This document shows, piece by piece, positions 37,876-47,382 of a stretch of DNA of 64,000 nt (its first letter is position 1; each line of letters begins with the position of its first letter). A model generated the notes under the pieces. That model was not told the origin of the DNA. It was given only the letters and a program-made list of their open reading frames with translations, and searched no databases. Source of the DNA: Ostreococcus lucimarinus (Eukaryota); NCBI GenBank assembly GCA_000092065.1, contig CP000591.1. One strand, 5' to 3'. The position numbers and the translations under genes are program-made.

Positions 37876-40105
37876 CTAATTCGTCGAACGTCTTGAGAAC
37901 GTTTTACTCGCTAATTCTGACAACCACGACTTCTTGATCGACGAAACGTCGCGCGCGTACATTTTATTCGTCCTAACTAACTCGTTGAAAAGAATCTGCG
38001 CCGCAAGAAAAATTGTCAGCGTGAAATAATTAATTGTAAGGAAATAATTACTCACCGTCTCTGGAGGCGATTGAAACATCACCGAGCTCGGGTGAATCGT
38101 TAGCTTCTGGCCCGTTGTAAAGACTTTGAACGATCCATCCATTTCCTTCGAAGCCGTATTCATGAAAAAGCCCGATACCAGCGATCGTAGCACGAGCGTG
38201 AAGTCGTCTTCACATGAAGTCAAATTAATTCCCTGCGACATTGCTGCTCGTGTCAATTGCTCGTTGATCTTGACCGCTTTTGTCATCGCTCGATGGTTAA
38301 TCTGGTGCTCTCTGCACCAATCGCGACTTCGCTTCGGACTGCAGGCCGAAAATTCGTTGAACACGCGCAGCAACGTCAAATGATCGCCCTCCTGAAATAA
38401 TTGTGTAAGAAAATATTAAATTATTTTTTCTTGGTCGACTCACCTTTCGCTTCAATTTGTGTCTTGCGACATTCTTTTGCCCGTCTGCCTCCCTGGAAAA
38501 CTGAAACACGCTATCTGTTGACAGCATGGACAAAACAGCGAGTGTTTCGATAGCGCACCCTTCGATTTCAGCGGCAATTACGCATCGTGCAGCCATGGGC
38601 TCGAGGGGAAACCTCGCCATTTTTTTTCCGACGTCGTTAAGCTTTCCATCGTCGTCTAAAGCGTCCAGCGAGTACAATAATTCAAGTGATCGTAATAACG
38701 CCTCTTTAGGCGGCGGATCGATGAAAGGAAACGACAAAATGTCGTCAACTTGCATTGCCTGCGAAATAAATAAATAATTCAGTTAATTTTTAATTGTCTC
38801 AGGAAAGCGCTCGATTCGGGCGCGACAGATCCTTACCTTTAGCTGAAGAACTACTCCACTTAAATTTGTACGCAGCAGTTCCGGTTTAACGTATTTTTCC
38901 AGGCTCGGCATGATTTCTTCGGTGTAGAGTCGAAAGCACTTACCAGGCGCTTCGCGCCCGGCTCTACCGGCGCGCTGTTGCGCCTGACTCTGCGCAATCG
39001 GGGTGACCAGGAGCTCGTCCACGCCGCTTCTTGGATGATGCGTTCGTAGTTTACTCAGTCCTGAATCCACAACGTACCGAATCCCATTGATCGTCAACGA
39101 TGTTTCGGCGATATTCGTCGCCAAGACGACTTTGCGCGTTCCCAGAGGCGTCGGCTCGAAGACCTTCATCTGCTCCTCCGGGGGCAGCGCAGCGAACAAG
39201 AGTACCACGTTGAGTTTCAGCACGTTTGAGGGAAGTTCAGACGCTTTCTCTCGCAACATCCTTCCCAACGACTCGATCTCCTCTTGACCAGTTAAGAATA
39301 CTAAGACATCTCCCGCCGCCTCTTCCTCGTTCACTTGAAGCACCGTCCACATCGCGGCGTCCAAGTAGTCCTCCTCCGGCTCCTCTGTGTAGAACATTTC
39401 GACGGGAAACGTGCGGCCACGGGAGTAGATTACGGGCGCACCATCGAAGAATTTACTAAAACTCGACGCTTCAAGCGTAGCAGACATGACGATGACGCGT
39501 AACGGTGGCAACGCGCGTCCGTACTGGTCCTCGCCGAGCGATTCGCGTCGACGACGTTGCACGCCTTTGATCGTGCCCAACAGGAAATCGGTCTGCAACG
39601 TGCGTTCGTGCGCTTCATCAATCATGATAACACCGTACTTTGACAGTAAAGGATCTCCGACCGCCTCTCGCAGGAGCATACCGTCGGTGAGAAACTTTAT
39701 GCGCGTCTCTTCGCTCGAGACATCTTCGAATCGAATGGCGTACCCCACGAGCGTGCCGTGCGCCGTACCGGTTTCATCGGCCACGCGACGCGACACGGAC
39801 ACTGCCGCCACCCGTCTCGGCTGTGTGACGCCTATCATCAACCCATTCGTCAGCGTCATGTCTTCGTACACGTATTGCGGAATTTGCGTCGTCTTCCCGC
39901 TTCCGGTTTCGCCGATGATGATGACGGTTTCGCTCTTCCTAATCTCCTCCATCAATCGATCCTTCGCGCGATATATCGGCAGTGACTTTCGCACTCGGTC
40001 GATTTCTTCTCTCTTCGCTCCCGTGGGTGCCCCGTTCGCCTTCCGCGCGTCGGACGTCGACGCGTCTCCGCCCCCGCGTTCGCGTCCCTCGCGAAGCGTC
40101 TCCAT
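37876..40105 (-). CDS. DEAH-box RNA helicase (DHX33/DHX35-like), four exons: complement join(38837..40105,38444..38758,38056..38391,37876..37995)
   Basis: Exon 1 has the helicase core (GETGSGKTTQIPQY, DEAHER, SATL, TNIAETSLTINGIRYVVD, QRAGRAGR). The three introns are 78, 52 and 60 nt, AT-rich (about 25% GC), with donors GTAAGG, GTGAGT and GTGAGT and acceptors CGCAG, TTTCAG and GCGCAG. Splicing restores the conserved EGDHLTLLRVF, HPSSVMF and ILFNELVRTNKMYARDV blocks that the ORF track splits into three ORFs. Confidence 0.8.
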
Positions 40106-40545
40106 GGCGTCACCCGCGCGTCTCGTCCAGCGCCTCGATCGCCGCCTTGACGTTCGCCGTCGCGCGTTTCTTATCGCTCAGAAAATACAAATCCCCACGT
40201 TTTTCGTACACCTGCTTTGTCGCGCGAGCCCGGTCGTCGTCGTCGTCGTCGTCGTCAGTCTCGCTCGTCGTCGTTCTCGGCGGTTGGTCCGTCGTCTCTT
40301 CACCGTCGCCGTCGGGTCGCACGCACCGCGCGCGCGGACGCTCGCGTCGACTTCGGCAGGCTTTGTAATTCGCTCAGCGCCACCTCGAGGGCGTCTCTCG
40401 ATTCCGTCGTCGTCGTCGTCGCTCGCGCGCGTTCGCTCGCCATGCGCTCGAGCCGCCGACGGGCGGACGCCTTGTGCGGCGACGGGCGACGGGCGAAGGG
40501 CGCGATCGATCGGTCTCGCGTCGCAACGCGGCGCGACGCGAAGGG

Positions 40546-41265
40546 ATGTGGACGATTCGTCGCCGACTGAGAACGACGCGCATCGCGTCGCTGACGCGCG
40601 ACGCGCTCGCGCGCGCGCTCGCGACCGCGCCCGCGGGCGACGACGCGCGCGGCGTCGTCCTGCGATGCGCGCTGAGGGTTGACGGTGGGACGGCGTCGTC
40701 GACGCGCGCGAGGCGCGAGGGACGCGTGCCGGGCGTCGTGTTCGCGCCGGGAAGCGAACGAGGGACGATGATCACGGTGTGCGAGCGAGAGATGAACGCG
40801 GCGGTGCGCAAACACACGCTGGCGGGGGTGGCGTGCGAGGTGTTCGACCTGGAGGTGCAGACGACGACGGCGACGGGCGAGGAGAGCGGGGAGACGAGAC
40901 GAGTGCGAGCGTTGGCGAAGCAAGTGCAGATGCACGCGTATAATCAAATGGTAGATAACGTGTGTTTCTTAGAGGTGAAACCGGAGACGGAGGTCAAGGT
41001 GCGCGTGCCCGTGGCGACGCAAGGCGAAGACGTCAGTCCGGGGGTGAAGCGAGGCGGGTTCGTGCAGATTATGCGACAGACGGTTCCCGTGAGATGCAGG
41101 AGCGATTCCATCCCGAAACGATTTTTGATGGACGTCTCCACGCTCGATGCGGGCAAGGTCATCAAGATTGGCGATGTGACCGTGCCAGAGGGGGTGAAAC
41201 TTTTAGACGCCGACTTGAATCTTCCTTTGGTTCGAATCGGCGGCAGAGTCAAGAGCGCGGAGTAG
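40546..41265 (+). CDS. Organellar 50S ribosomal protein bL25 (L25/Ctc family) with a presequence
   Basis: The L25/Ctc beta-barrel pattern is present (RREGRVPGVVFAPGSE, VQMHAYNQMVDNVCFLEVKP, GVKRGGFVQIMRQTV, IKIGDVTVPEGVKLLD, NLPLVRI). The ORF-track start at 40474 is GTG, so the ATG at 40546 (MWTIRRRL) was used. Confidence 0.65.
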   Translation: MWTIRRRLRTTRIASLTRDALARALATAPAGDDARGVVLRCALRVDGGTASSTRARREGRVPGVVFAPGSERGTMITVCEREMNAAVRKHTLAGVACEVFDLEVQTTTATGEESGETRRVRALAKQVQMHAYNQMVDNVCFLEVKPETEVKVRVPVATQGEDVSPGVKRGGFVQIMRQTVPVRCRSDSIPKRFLMDVSTLDAGKVIKIGDVTVPEGVKLLDADLNLPLVRIGGRVKSAE

Positions 41266-41348
41266 ATGAAGACGAGCAGAATTAGCGATAGCGTAGCAAA
41301 TTTCAATACATGTATCGTGTTGGTACAAATGTTCGTCGAAAAAGTCAA

Positions 41349-43001
41349 TCAATCAGTTTTGTCTATGTTTCTAGCGCCGAGCAAACCTTTAGCCATTTCC
41401 GAAACCAACGTATCCGTGAACTTGCGCAACACGGCAGTGGTGTCGATGAGTCGAGCTTTGTATAGGGCAAAGTCGTTTTCCAGACTCTCTTGCTTTTCGG
41501 GTGCGTACTGGTATTTCCCATCTTGAAGTTCATCAGTTAGCGTCGACGGCGGCGACACGTTTTGTTTCTGTTCATCATCTTCCGGCTCTGGCGGAAGGAA
41601 TGGTTTGATGTCTGATTCAATCATGCGAGACAGGAGCTCGAGACAACGCTCCATGTCACCTTGAATGTACTCAAAGAACTCTTTCTTGCTCTGATCGTCG
41701 GCAAATTCGTAATACGCGTACGCGTAAGTCCATTTCAAAATTTTCCTGCACTCGGTCACTTGCCTGAGCGCATCCATGATGAAAACAACTTGTTGCTTGG
41801 ACGTACGCTGTAAATCGATCAATATGTCAAGCACGCTGTCTTTGAATCTCTCGACGTCTTGTTCGGCTTTTTTACTCGCATCCTCGTGCGCTCTATAGCG
41901 TTCATAGTAGAACACGTAGCGCTCGAGAGAATCTCTGGCTCGTTTCCGCCTGTTTTCGTCGCCGGTTTTGTCTCCACTGTATTTGTTGCAGCGTCTGGCG
42001 CAGGCGTACGGCCCGGAATCCCAAGGTCCGAGACAAAGCCAGCAAAACGAGCAATGGCACTGTGAGCAGTGCATGTGCATACATCCTCCATTCTTCAAGA
42101 TCGGTCGATGACACTTCGGACATCCCTTCGTGTTAGCTAGCATCCACTCCGAGTTCACACCGTCGGAGTTGATTTTGTCCATCCACTTCTTCGCGACTTC
42201 ACAATCATTCACAGGCACGTGGGGCTCACTCTGGCACGAAAAGCAGAATTCGGCACCACAGTTGCATTTCACACTCACGGGATTGGTCGGCAGTTGCTCG
42301 ACGGCGATGGCACATTCGCAATCGACGCCAATGCAAGGGCGCAACTTGGCGTTGTTTTCCAAAAACGACCGCCGCAAGAATGTATCAAACTTCGTTTCAT
42401 CTTCATCACTAAGAAACTTTCGAATCATGGACTCGGGGACTTTGGCAGGACACATAGGACACCGCGTGTTGACCACGGAAAGCCCATCATTCACCTTGCT
42501 CGTCACCCATCCCGACCAACACTCGTCGCAAAATTCATGCGCGCACCCGACCGTCGTCAAAGCATCCCCTGGAAAGTCCTCGAAGCAAATCCCGCACCCT
42601 CGCGTTCCACCCGACGACATCGCTGCTTCGCTATTTTCGCGTCTCGTCTTTGCATCGATCAACCCCGACGTCTCGCGCACCTTTCTCGTGTCCTCGAACC
42701 ACGCCGTCGCGGCGGCTTCGAAATCGTACGAGAAGTGACTCAACAAGGCCTCCGCCTCCTCTGTGCGCACGTCCAGGAGCGCTTTTGCCCGCTCGATCAT
42801 CGTCGATCGCACGTCTAATTGCTTCGTCGCCTCGATGCACACAATCGTGGTCTCATTCGCCGGCTCTACGGGTTGCGACAGCGCGGCGAACGCGTCGTCC
42901 GATGCGCCCAAGATGGGCGTGCCGTCGTCGGAATCGTCGCACCACGCGCAATCGTCGTCGGAATCGCCCGCACCGAAACTATCGTCGGCGTGAAGGGTCA
43001 T
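41349..43001 (-). CDS. Ariadne-type RBR E3 ubiquitin ligase (RING1-IBR-RING2)
   Basis: RING1 (CGICFEDFPGDALTTVGCAHEFCDECW), IBR and the RING2 catalytic region (CPKCHRPILKNGGCMHMHCSQCHCSFCWLC) are present, followed by the Ariadne C-terminal helical domain. The ATG at 43001 was verified. Confidence 0.8.
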   Translation of the reverse strand: MTLHADDSFGAGDSDDDCAWCDDSDDGTPILGASDDAFAALSQPVEPANETTIVCIEATKQLDVRSTMIERAKALLDVRTEEAEALLSHFSYDFEAAATAWFEDTRKVRETSGLIDAKTRRENSEAAMSSGGTRGCGICFEDFPGDALTTVGCAHEFCDECWSGWVTSKVNDGLSVVNTRCPMCPAKVPESMIRKFLSDEDETKFDTFLRRSFLENNAKLRPCIGVDCECAIAVEQLPTNPVSVKCNCGAEFCFSCQSEPHVPVNDCEVAKKWMDKINSDGVNSEWMLANTKGCPKCHRPILKNGGCMHMHCSQCHCSFCWLCLGPWDSGPYACARRCNKYSGDKTGDENRRKRARDSLERYVFYYERYRAHEDASKKAEQDVERFKDSVLDILIDLQRTSKQQVVFIMDALRQVTECRKILKWTYAYAYYEFADDQSKKEFFEYIQGDMERCLELLSRMIESDIKPFLPPEPEDDEQKQNVSPPSTLTDELQDGKYQYAPEKQESLENDFALYKARLIDTTAVLRKFTDTLVSEMAKGLLGARNIDKTD

Positions 43002-43184
43002 TTCTTACGCGCCGTGTCGGTGCGCACGCGAGCGCGCGTCACGGACGCGCGCCGCGATGTGATGCGATGGTGCTCCGACAGTTGACAAGACGCGCGCGCG
43101 GTGAGAGCGGTTTTTAATGGTCTCCATGTTTGATATTTCAGAGCTAACCTCCTATTCGCGCACCGAGAATTAATGTTTACGAGT

Positions 43185-44131
43185 CTAGAAAGACGGAACG
43201 CTCACGCGACCGGCGATGCGATCGAGATCCCGTTGACCGGACGGAGTGATGCGGCGACCACCCTTCGCATCCTTCTCGACGACACCGATGGATTCGAGCT
43301 GCTTGAGCACAGCGCGCGCGACGCTACCGGAACCGATTTGGTGGTGGTGACGACGAACGCCCTTGTTACCCGCACCGCAGTACGACTTGCGCAACGCACC
43401 CACACCCATGTTACCCTTCGTGTAGAGCTTGCGAGCGACCGAGGCAGCGCGAATGTAAAACCAATCCGGGTCGTACGGCGCGAGCTCCTTGTACGTCGCA
43501 GTCTTCACGGTGTCGACCCACTGCGGAACCTCCATCTGTTACGAGCGAACGAAATCATAGCCACGGTCAGTGTCAAATCACGATGGCGCTCTCGCCTCGG
43601 CCCCGACGCGCGCGCGCTCGCGAGGGTTGGCCTCTGAGCCACCGTCGGTCGATCGCGACGTCTCGGTCGCCTGCGTCGCGCGACGTCGCGCACGCGCGCC
43701 GACGAACGCGCACGCGATCGCATAAATGCGATCGCGCGCATCTCTCGTCGACGTCGCACGACGGCACGCGCGCCGTCGCCCTCACAGCGCCGGCCCCCGA
43801 CGCGCGCGGTGAAGCCCTAGCGCTCGACTCGACGCCCACGTCGCGCGCCTTCGTCGACGCCCAAACGCCCGCGCGTCGTCTCGCGCGACGACGATCGATG
43901 CGCACGAATACGTTCGCATTCGTCACCGCCGACGTCGTCGCGTTCGATCGTCCATCGCCGCGCCGTTCGCGCGCGCGCGTCGTCGCTCGATCGCGCCGCG
44001 ATGCGCGAGCGTCGTCGTGCGTTCGATTCTTCGCGTACCTTGCCGGTGGATCGGAAGTATTGCGCCAGAGCGATGACGAACTCCTGCGCGGGGACGTCCT
44101 TGACCGTTCTCGGGGCGTTCTTGGTGGCCAT
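43185..44131 (-). CDS. RPS19: 40S ribosomal protein S19 (eS19), two exons: complement join(44039..44131,43185..43535)
   Basis: Exon 1 encodes MATKNAPRTVKDVPAQEFVIALAQYFRSTGK, followed by a GTACGC donor. The 503-nt GC-rich intron has a CTGAC branch site about 33 nt before the CAG acceptor. Exon 2 is the ORF-track ORF 43185..43535 (MEVPQWVDTVKTATYKELAPYDPDWFYIRAASVARKLY...). The whole protein aligns with eS19. Confidence 0.85.
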
Positions 44132-44200
44132 CTTTCTCTCGTCCGCGGCTCGAAAAGACGGATCGCGCGCGTCGAGCATCGAACACATCACAATCGATCA

Positions 44201-44209
44201 TTAGGGTTT
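44201..44209. promoter_or_regulatory. Telo-box (TTAGGGTTT = AAACCCTAA) in the RPS19/RPL29 bidirectional promoter
   Basis: An exact Arabidopsis-type telomere-repeat motif lies centrally in the 170-bp spacer between the divergent RPS19 ATG (44131) and RPL29 ATG (44302). Confidence 0.5.
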
Positions 44210-44301
44210 TCACGCCCCATCCCGTCGGGCCGACGCGCGCGCATCGAGACGCGCGAGCCGTCTTTATCGAGCGCGCAACGTAGCCTAGCGAGCGTCGAGC
44301 G

Positions 44302-44876
44302 ATGGCGAAGTCTACCAACCACACCGCGCACAACCAATCGTACAAGAACCACCGCAACGGTACGCACGACGCGCGACAAAGGCGCGGTTGCGAGGACACG
44401 GGACGACGCGCGCGAGGGCGACTTTGGGGAGACGTCGACGACGCGTGACGGCGCGGCGAGGGCGTCGAGCGCGATCGACGGCGAACGAAACGGACGATTG
44501 AAATGCTTGACGTCGATCGATGGGGGACGAACGGGCAAACGGCGAGAAGGACGGCGCGAACGGCGAACGAATCGAACGCCGCAAGACCCAGAACCAAACC
44601 CACCAAAACCGCGGCGCGAGAGACTGACTGAGTTGATTTTGCGCGCATCAGGTATCAAGAAGCCGAAGCGCGTTGGGAAGCCGTCCACGAAGGGGGTACG
44701 TATCGCCTTGCTTCGTCGTTCGCGCATCACGGTTCGAAACGCGCTCGCATCGACCCGCCCCGCGCAACCGATCGCTGACCATTTACGTCTCTTCCGCCTC
44801 GCAGATGGATCCGAAGTTCCTCAAGAACCAAAAGTTCGCCAAGAGAGGTAGCTTGAAGGCGGCCGGCAAGAAGTAA
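44302..44876 (+). CDS. RPL29: 60S ribosomal protein L29 (eL29), three exons: join(44302..44359,44652..44695,44805..44876)
   Basis: Exon 1 encodes MAKSTNHTAHNQSYKNHRNG, exon 2 IKKPKRVGKPSTKG and exon 3 MDPKFLKNQKFAKRGSLKAAGKK, matching the eL29 N-terminal region. Intron 1 (292 nt, GTACGC donor) ends ...GAGACTGACTGAGTTG...CATCAG. Intron 2 (109 nt, GTACGT donor) has a CGCTGACC branch site. The ORF track shows only the last exon inside ORF 44673..44876. Confidence 0.8.
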
Positions 44877-45262
44877 CGGGGGCGTGTAGAGAGTCACTAG
44901 AGTCTGAAAGGTGTATAGCACGGAGGAGGACGTTGCGATGGTTGGCTAGAAGTTGTAGTGAGTGCGCAGACAACTTTAACCGCGTCGCGCGCGCCAGCCT
45001 CTCTCACCGTCCGTTCGCGTCGTCGCTCGCGCGCGCGGCGATGACCGCGCACGCGCGCGTTTATTTTCCCGCGTCCTTTCGCCGTGGTCCCGATCGCGCC
45101 GTCTGAAACGTGCGCGATCTCCAAACTCTCTAACCCTGGCGCGCGCGCGTTTGCCCGATTTGATTTTTCGTTTCTGTTGGACGGGAAAGAAGCCCAGCTG
45201 GGTGGTTTCGACGATCGATCGCGCGCCGCAGTCGCTGACGCTCGAAGTCGCGCGCGCGCGGT

Positions 45263-46339
45263 ATGGGTGACTCCGTGCCAAACTTCTTCGGTGGCCAAGG
45301 CGGCGGTGCCTCGGGCCTGAGCTTCGGCGGCGGCGCGTCGTTCGGCGCCGACGCCGGTCCGTTGTTTGAGATGAAGTGTGGGAAACTCGTTCGCGATGGG
45401 GCGAAAATGCGCGCAGATCCGCGTCGAGGGACGCTGAAAATCGTGAAGAGCGAGGTCGATGACACGTTGAAACAGATTCAGTGGGGAGTACGAGATCCAT
45501 CGACCGCGTTCGAGGCTGAGGATGATTTCATCATCTTGCCAGACGAGGCGGTGCTGAAGACGATGAAGCGCGACGGATGTTTCATGTTGGCGTTCATCGA
45601 GGAACGCGATCGAGACATGTACTTTTGGTCGCAAGAGAGCGATGGAAAAGACGCCATGGAGGCGAAATTGCTGAAGTTTAATCGCGCGGTGAACACGAAC
45701 GTCGGCGAAGCGCTCGAAGAGAATATCGCCGCCTCGGAAGCGCAAACGGCGATGGAGACTGGCGATGCCCCGAATGCGGTACCCTCGGAAACTCCTGCGG
45801 CAACGACGTTGATGCCACCGCCGGCGAACGTGATTCCTTCGCCCGTGGATCCGACGCCCGCGCCGACGTCGTTTCCCGCGCAAACGCCGGCGGCGCCCGC
45901 CAAGGTGAGCGAAGGTATGCGAACGCCCGCGAGCGCGGGGAACTTCACTCCGATTGTGAGCAGCGATGCTTTGAAGGGTGTGTTCGCTAGTCTCGGTGGG
46001 GCGACGCCGCAGACGCCTCCCGTTGGTTTGCCTGAGATTTTGACACCAGAACTTGTCGGGCCTTTGCTTCGAGACGAACAAATTCGAGGACGCTTGTTGG
46101 AGTATCTGCCGGAAGAACATCGCGAGACGCAAGACTTGGAGGAGCTCATTCGCACTCCACAATTTCGCAGTCAGTTAGAAACGTTTAGTCAGGCACTGCA
46201 GAGTGGAGAGATGGACATGGCGCAGTTTGGGTTGAAACAAAATGGCGTGGCGAACCTGGAGACCTTTTTAAAGGCGATTCAAGCCGAGGTTGATGAATCT
46301 AGCGGTAAGAACGAAGAAGAGGACGCGATGGAGAGTTGA
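45263..46339 (+). CDS. RPN13: Proteasomal ubiquitin receptor Rpn13/ADRM1 (Pru domain + DEUBAD)
   Basis: The Pru domain is present (LFEMKCGKLVRDG...RGTLKIV...IQWGVRD...EDDFIILPDEAVLKTMKRDGCFMLAFIEERDRDMYFWSQE). The C-terminal DEUBAD-like helical region includes LLEYLPEEH and LIRTPQFRSQLETFSQALQSG. Confidence 0.75.
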   Translation: MGDSVPNFFGGQGGGASGLSFGGGASFGADAGPLFEMKCGKLVRDGAKMRADPRRGTLKIVKSEVDDTLKQIQWGVRDPSTAFEAEDDFIILPDEAVLKTMKRDGCFMLAFIEERDRDMYFWSQESDGKDAMEAKLLKFNRAVNTNVGEALEENIAASEAQTAMETGDAPNAVPSETPAATTLMPPPANVIPSPVDPTPAPTSFPAQTPAAPAKVSEGMRTPASAGNFTPIVSSDALKGVFASLGGATPQTPPVGLPEILTPELVGPLLRDEQIRGRLLEYLPEEHRETQDLEELIRTPQFRSQLETFSQALQSGEMDMAQFGLKQNGVANLETFLKAIQAEVDESSGKNEEEDAMES

Positions 46340-46761
46340 GTAGTTGAGGCGATTAGATTTAATCATGAGCTCACAAATTCGAATCAAAAAGTCAACGCGC
46401 TCGATTCAAGCCGTTCCGACAAACGGCGTCGAGAGTTTTGAGCGCGCGCCGTGCCTTCAATCATCCCTCGGCGCGGCGATGCGCTCCGAGACGAGTCCAC
46501 AAAGAATTTTGTTCGGCATACCGACGCATCCGCGCGAATTCATCCTCCATCACGTCACCGTACGACCTTCTCGCCGTCAACGCCTCTTCGCATCGCCGCA
46601 ACGCCCCGCCGAGCGCTCGCGCGAACGTCTCGTCGTCCAACACCTCCCCATCGCCGTCGCTTTCATCCGCACACGCCACGCCAGCGTTCACGAGCCCTCC
46701 TCGTTCGCTCTGCACCCCTCTTTCGACGGTCTCGTTCTCCACCTGCGCCCCTCTCGCGCGC

Positions 46762-46806
46762 GTCGTCTTCGTCGTCTTCGTCGTCTTCGTCGTCTTCGTC
46801 GTCTTC
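46762..46806. repeat. (GTCGTCTTC)5 minisatellite
   Basis: Five perfect copies of a 9-mer lie in the 1-kb spacer between Rpn13 and the carrier gene. Confidence 0.85.
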
Positions 46807-46992
46807 GTCCCGTCCACCGTCGTCGTCTCCGCTCTCACCGAGACGCCGTCGGCGTCGGCGTCGCGCATTTCGCGCCCCGATCGCGCGCGCCCCGTTCGCC
46901 CCGAACGCGCGCGTCGCCCTCCCGCGTCGCCCTCGCGCGCGTCGCCGCGCGTCCCGACGATTCGCGTCGCCCGCGTTGACTCGACGGTCCGT

Positions 46993-47048
46993 CCGAATGT
47001 CCGAATGTCCGAATGTCCGAATGTCCGAATGTCCGAATGTCCGAATGT
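46993..47048. repeat. (CCGAATGT)7 minisatellite
   Basis: Seven perfect copies of an 8-mer. Confidence 0.9.
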
Positions 47049-47163
47049 CCCAGGGTTGTCTTCTGTTGCCCGGCGCCGCGGCGACGGCGAAGCGCGACGC
47101 GCGATGCTGCGTCGACCGCGGCGGAAGGCGCGCGCGCGAGCGACGCGTCGCGACGAAGACGAC

Positions 47164-47187
47164 GATCTCGATCTCGATCTCGATCTC
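47164..47187. repeat. (GATCTC)4 minisatellite
   Basis: Four perfect hexamer copies. Confidence 0.8.
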
Positions 47188-47382
47188 GACCGAGGCGCGG
47201 TGCGCGTGCGACCGGCGCCGCGCGCGAGCGAAGACGACGAAGAATCCGCGCGCGCGCGACGGGCGTGGACGTTACGCGGCGACGAGGGGGGCGCGACGCG
47301 CGATGGACGGCGAACAGCGACGGGAGGACGCGAACGCGCGAACGATGGGACGCGGACGCGACATCGCGGATTCTTAGCCAAG

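Noticed and set aside
43536-44038. snoRNA hosted in the 503-nt RPS19 intron or the 292-nt RPL29 intron
   Set aside because: I looked for C/D boxes (RUGAUGA ... CUGA with a terminal stem) and for H/ACA hairpin-hinge-hairpin structure. There is only a short GATCGCA-loop-GCGATC hairpin and branch-site CTGAC, and no convincing box pairs.
46344-46979. Plus-strand 211-aa ORF in the minisatellite spacer
   Set aside because: It is R-rich and low-complexity, and partly a translation of the (GTCGTCTTC)n repeat (LRRLRRLRRLRRL). It is probably non-coding.
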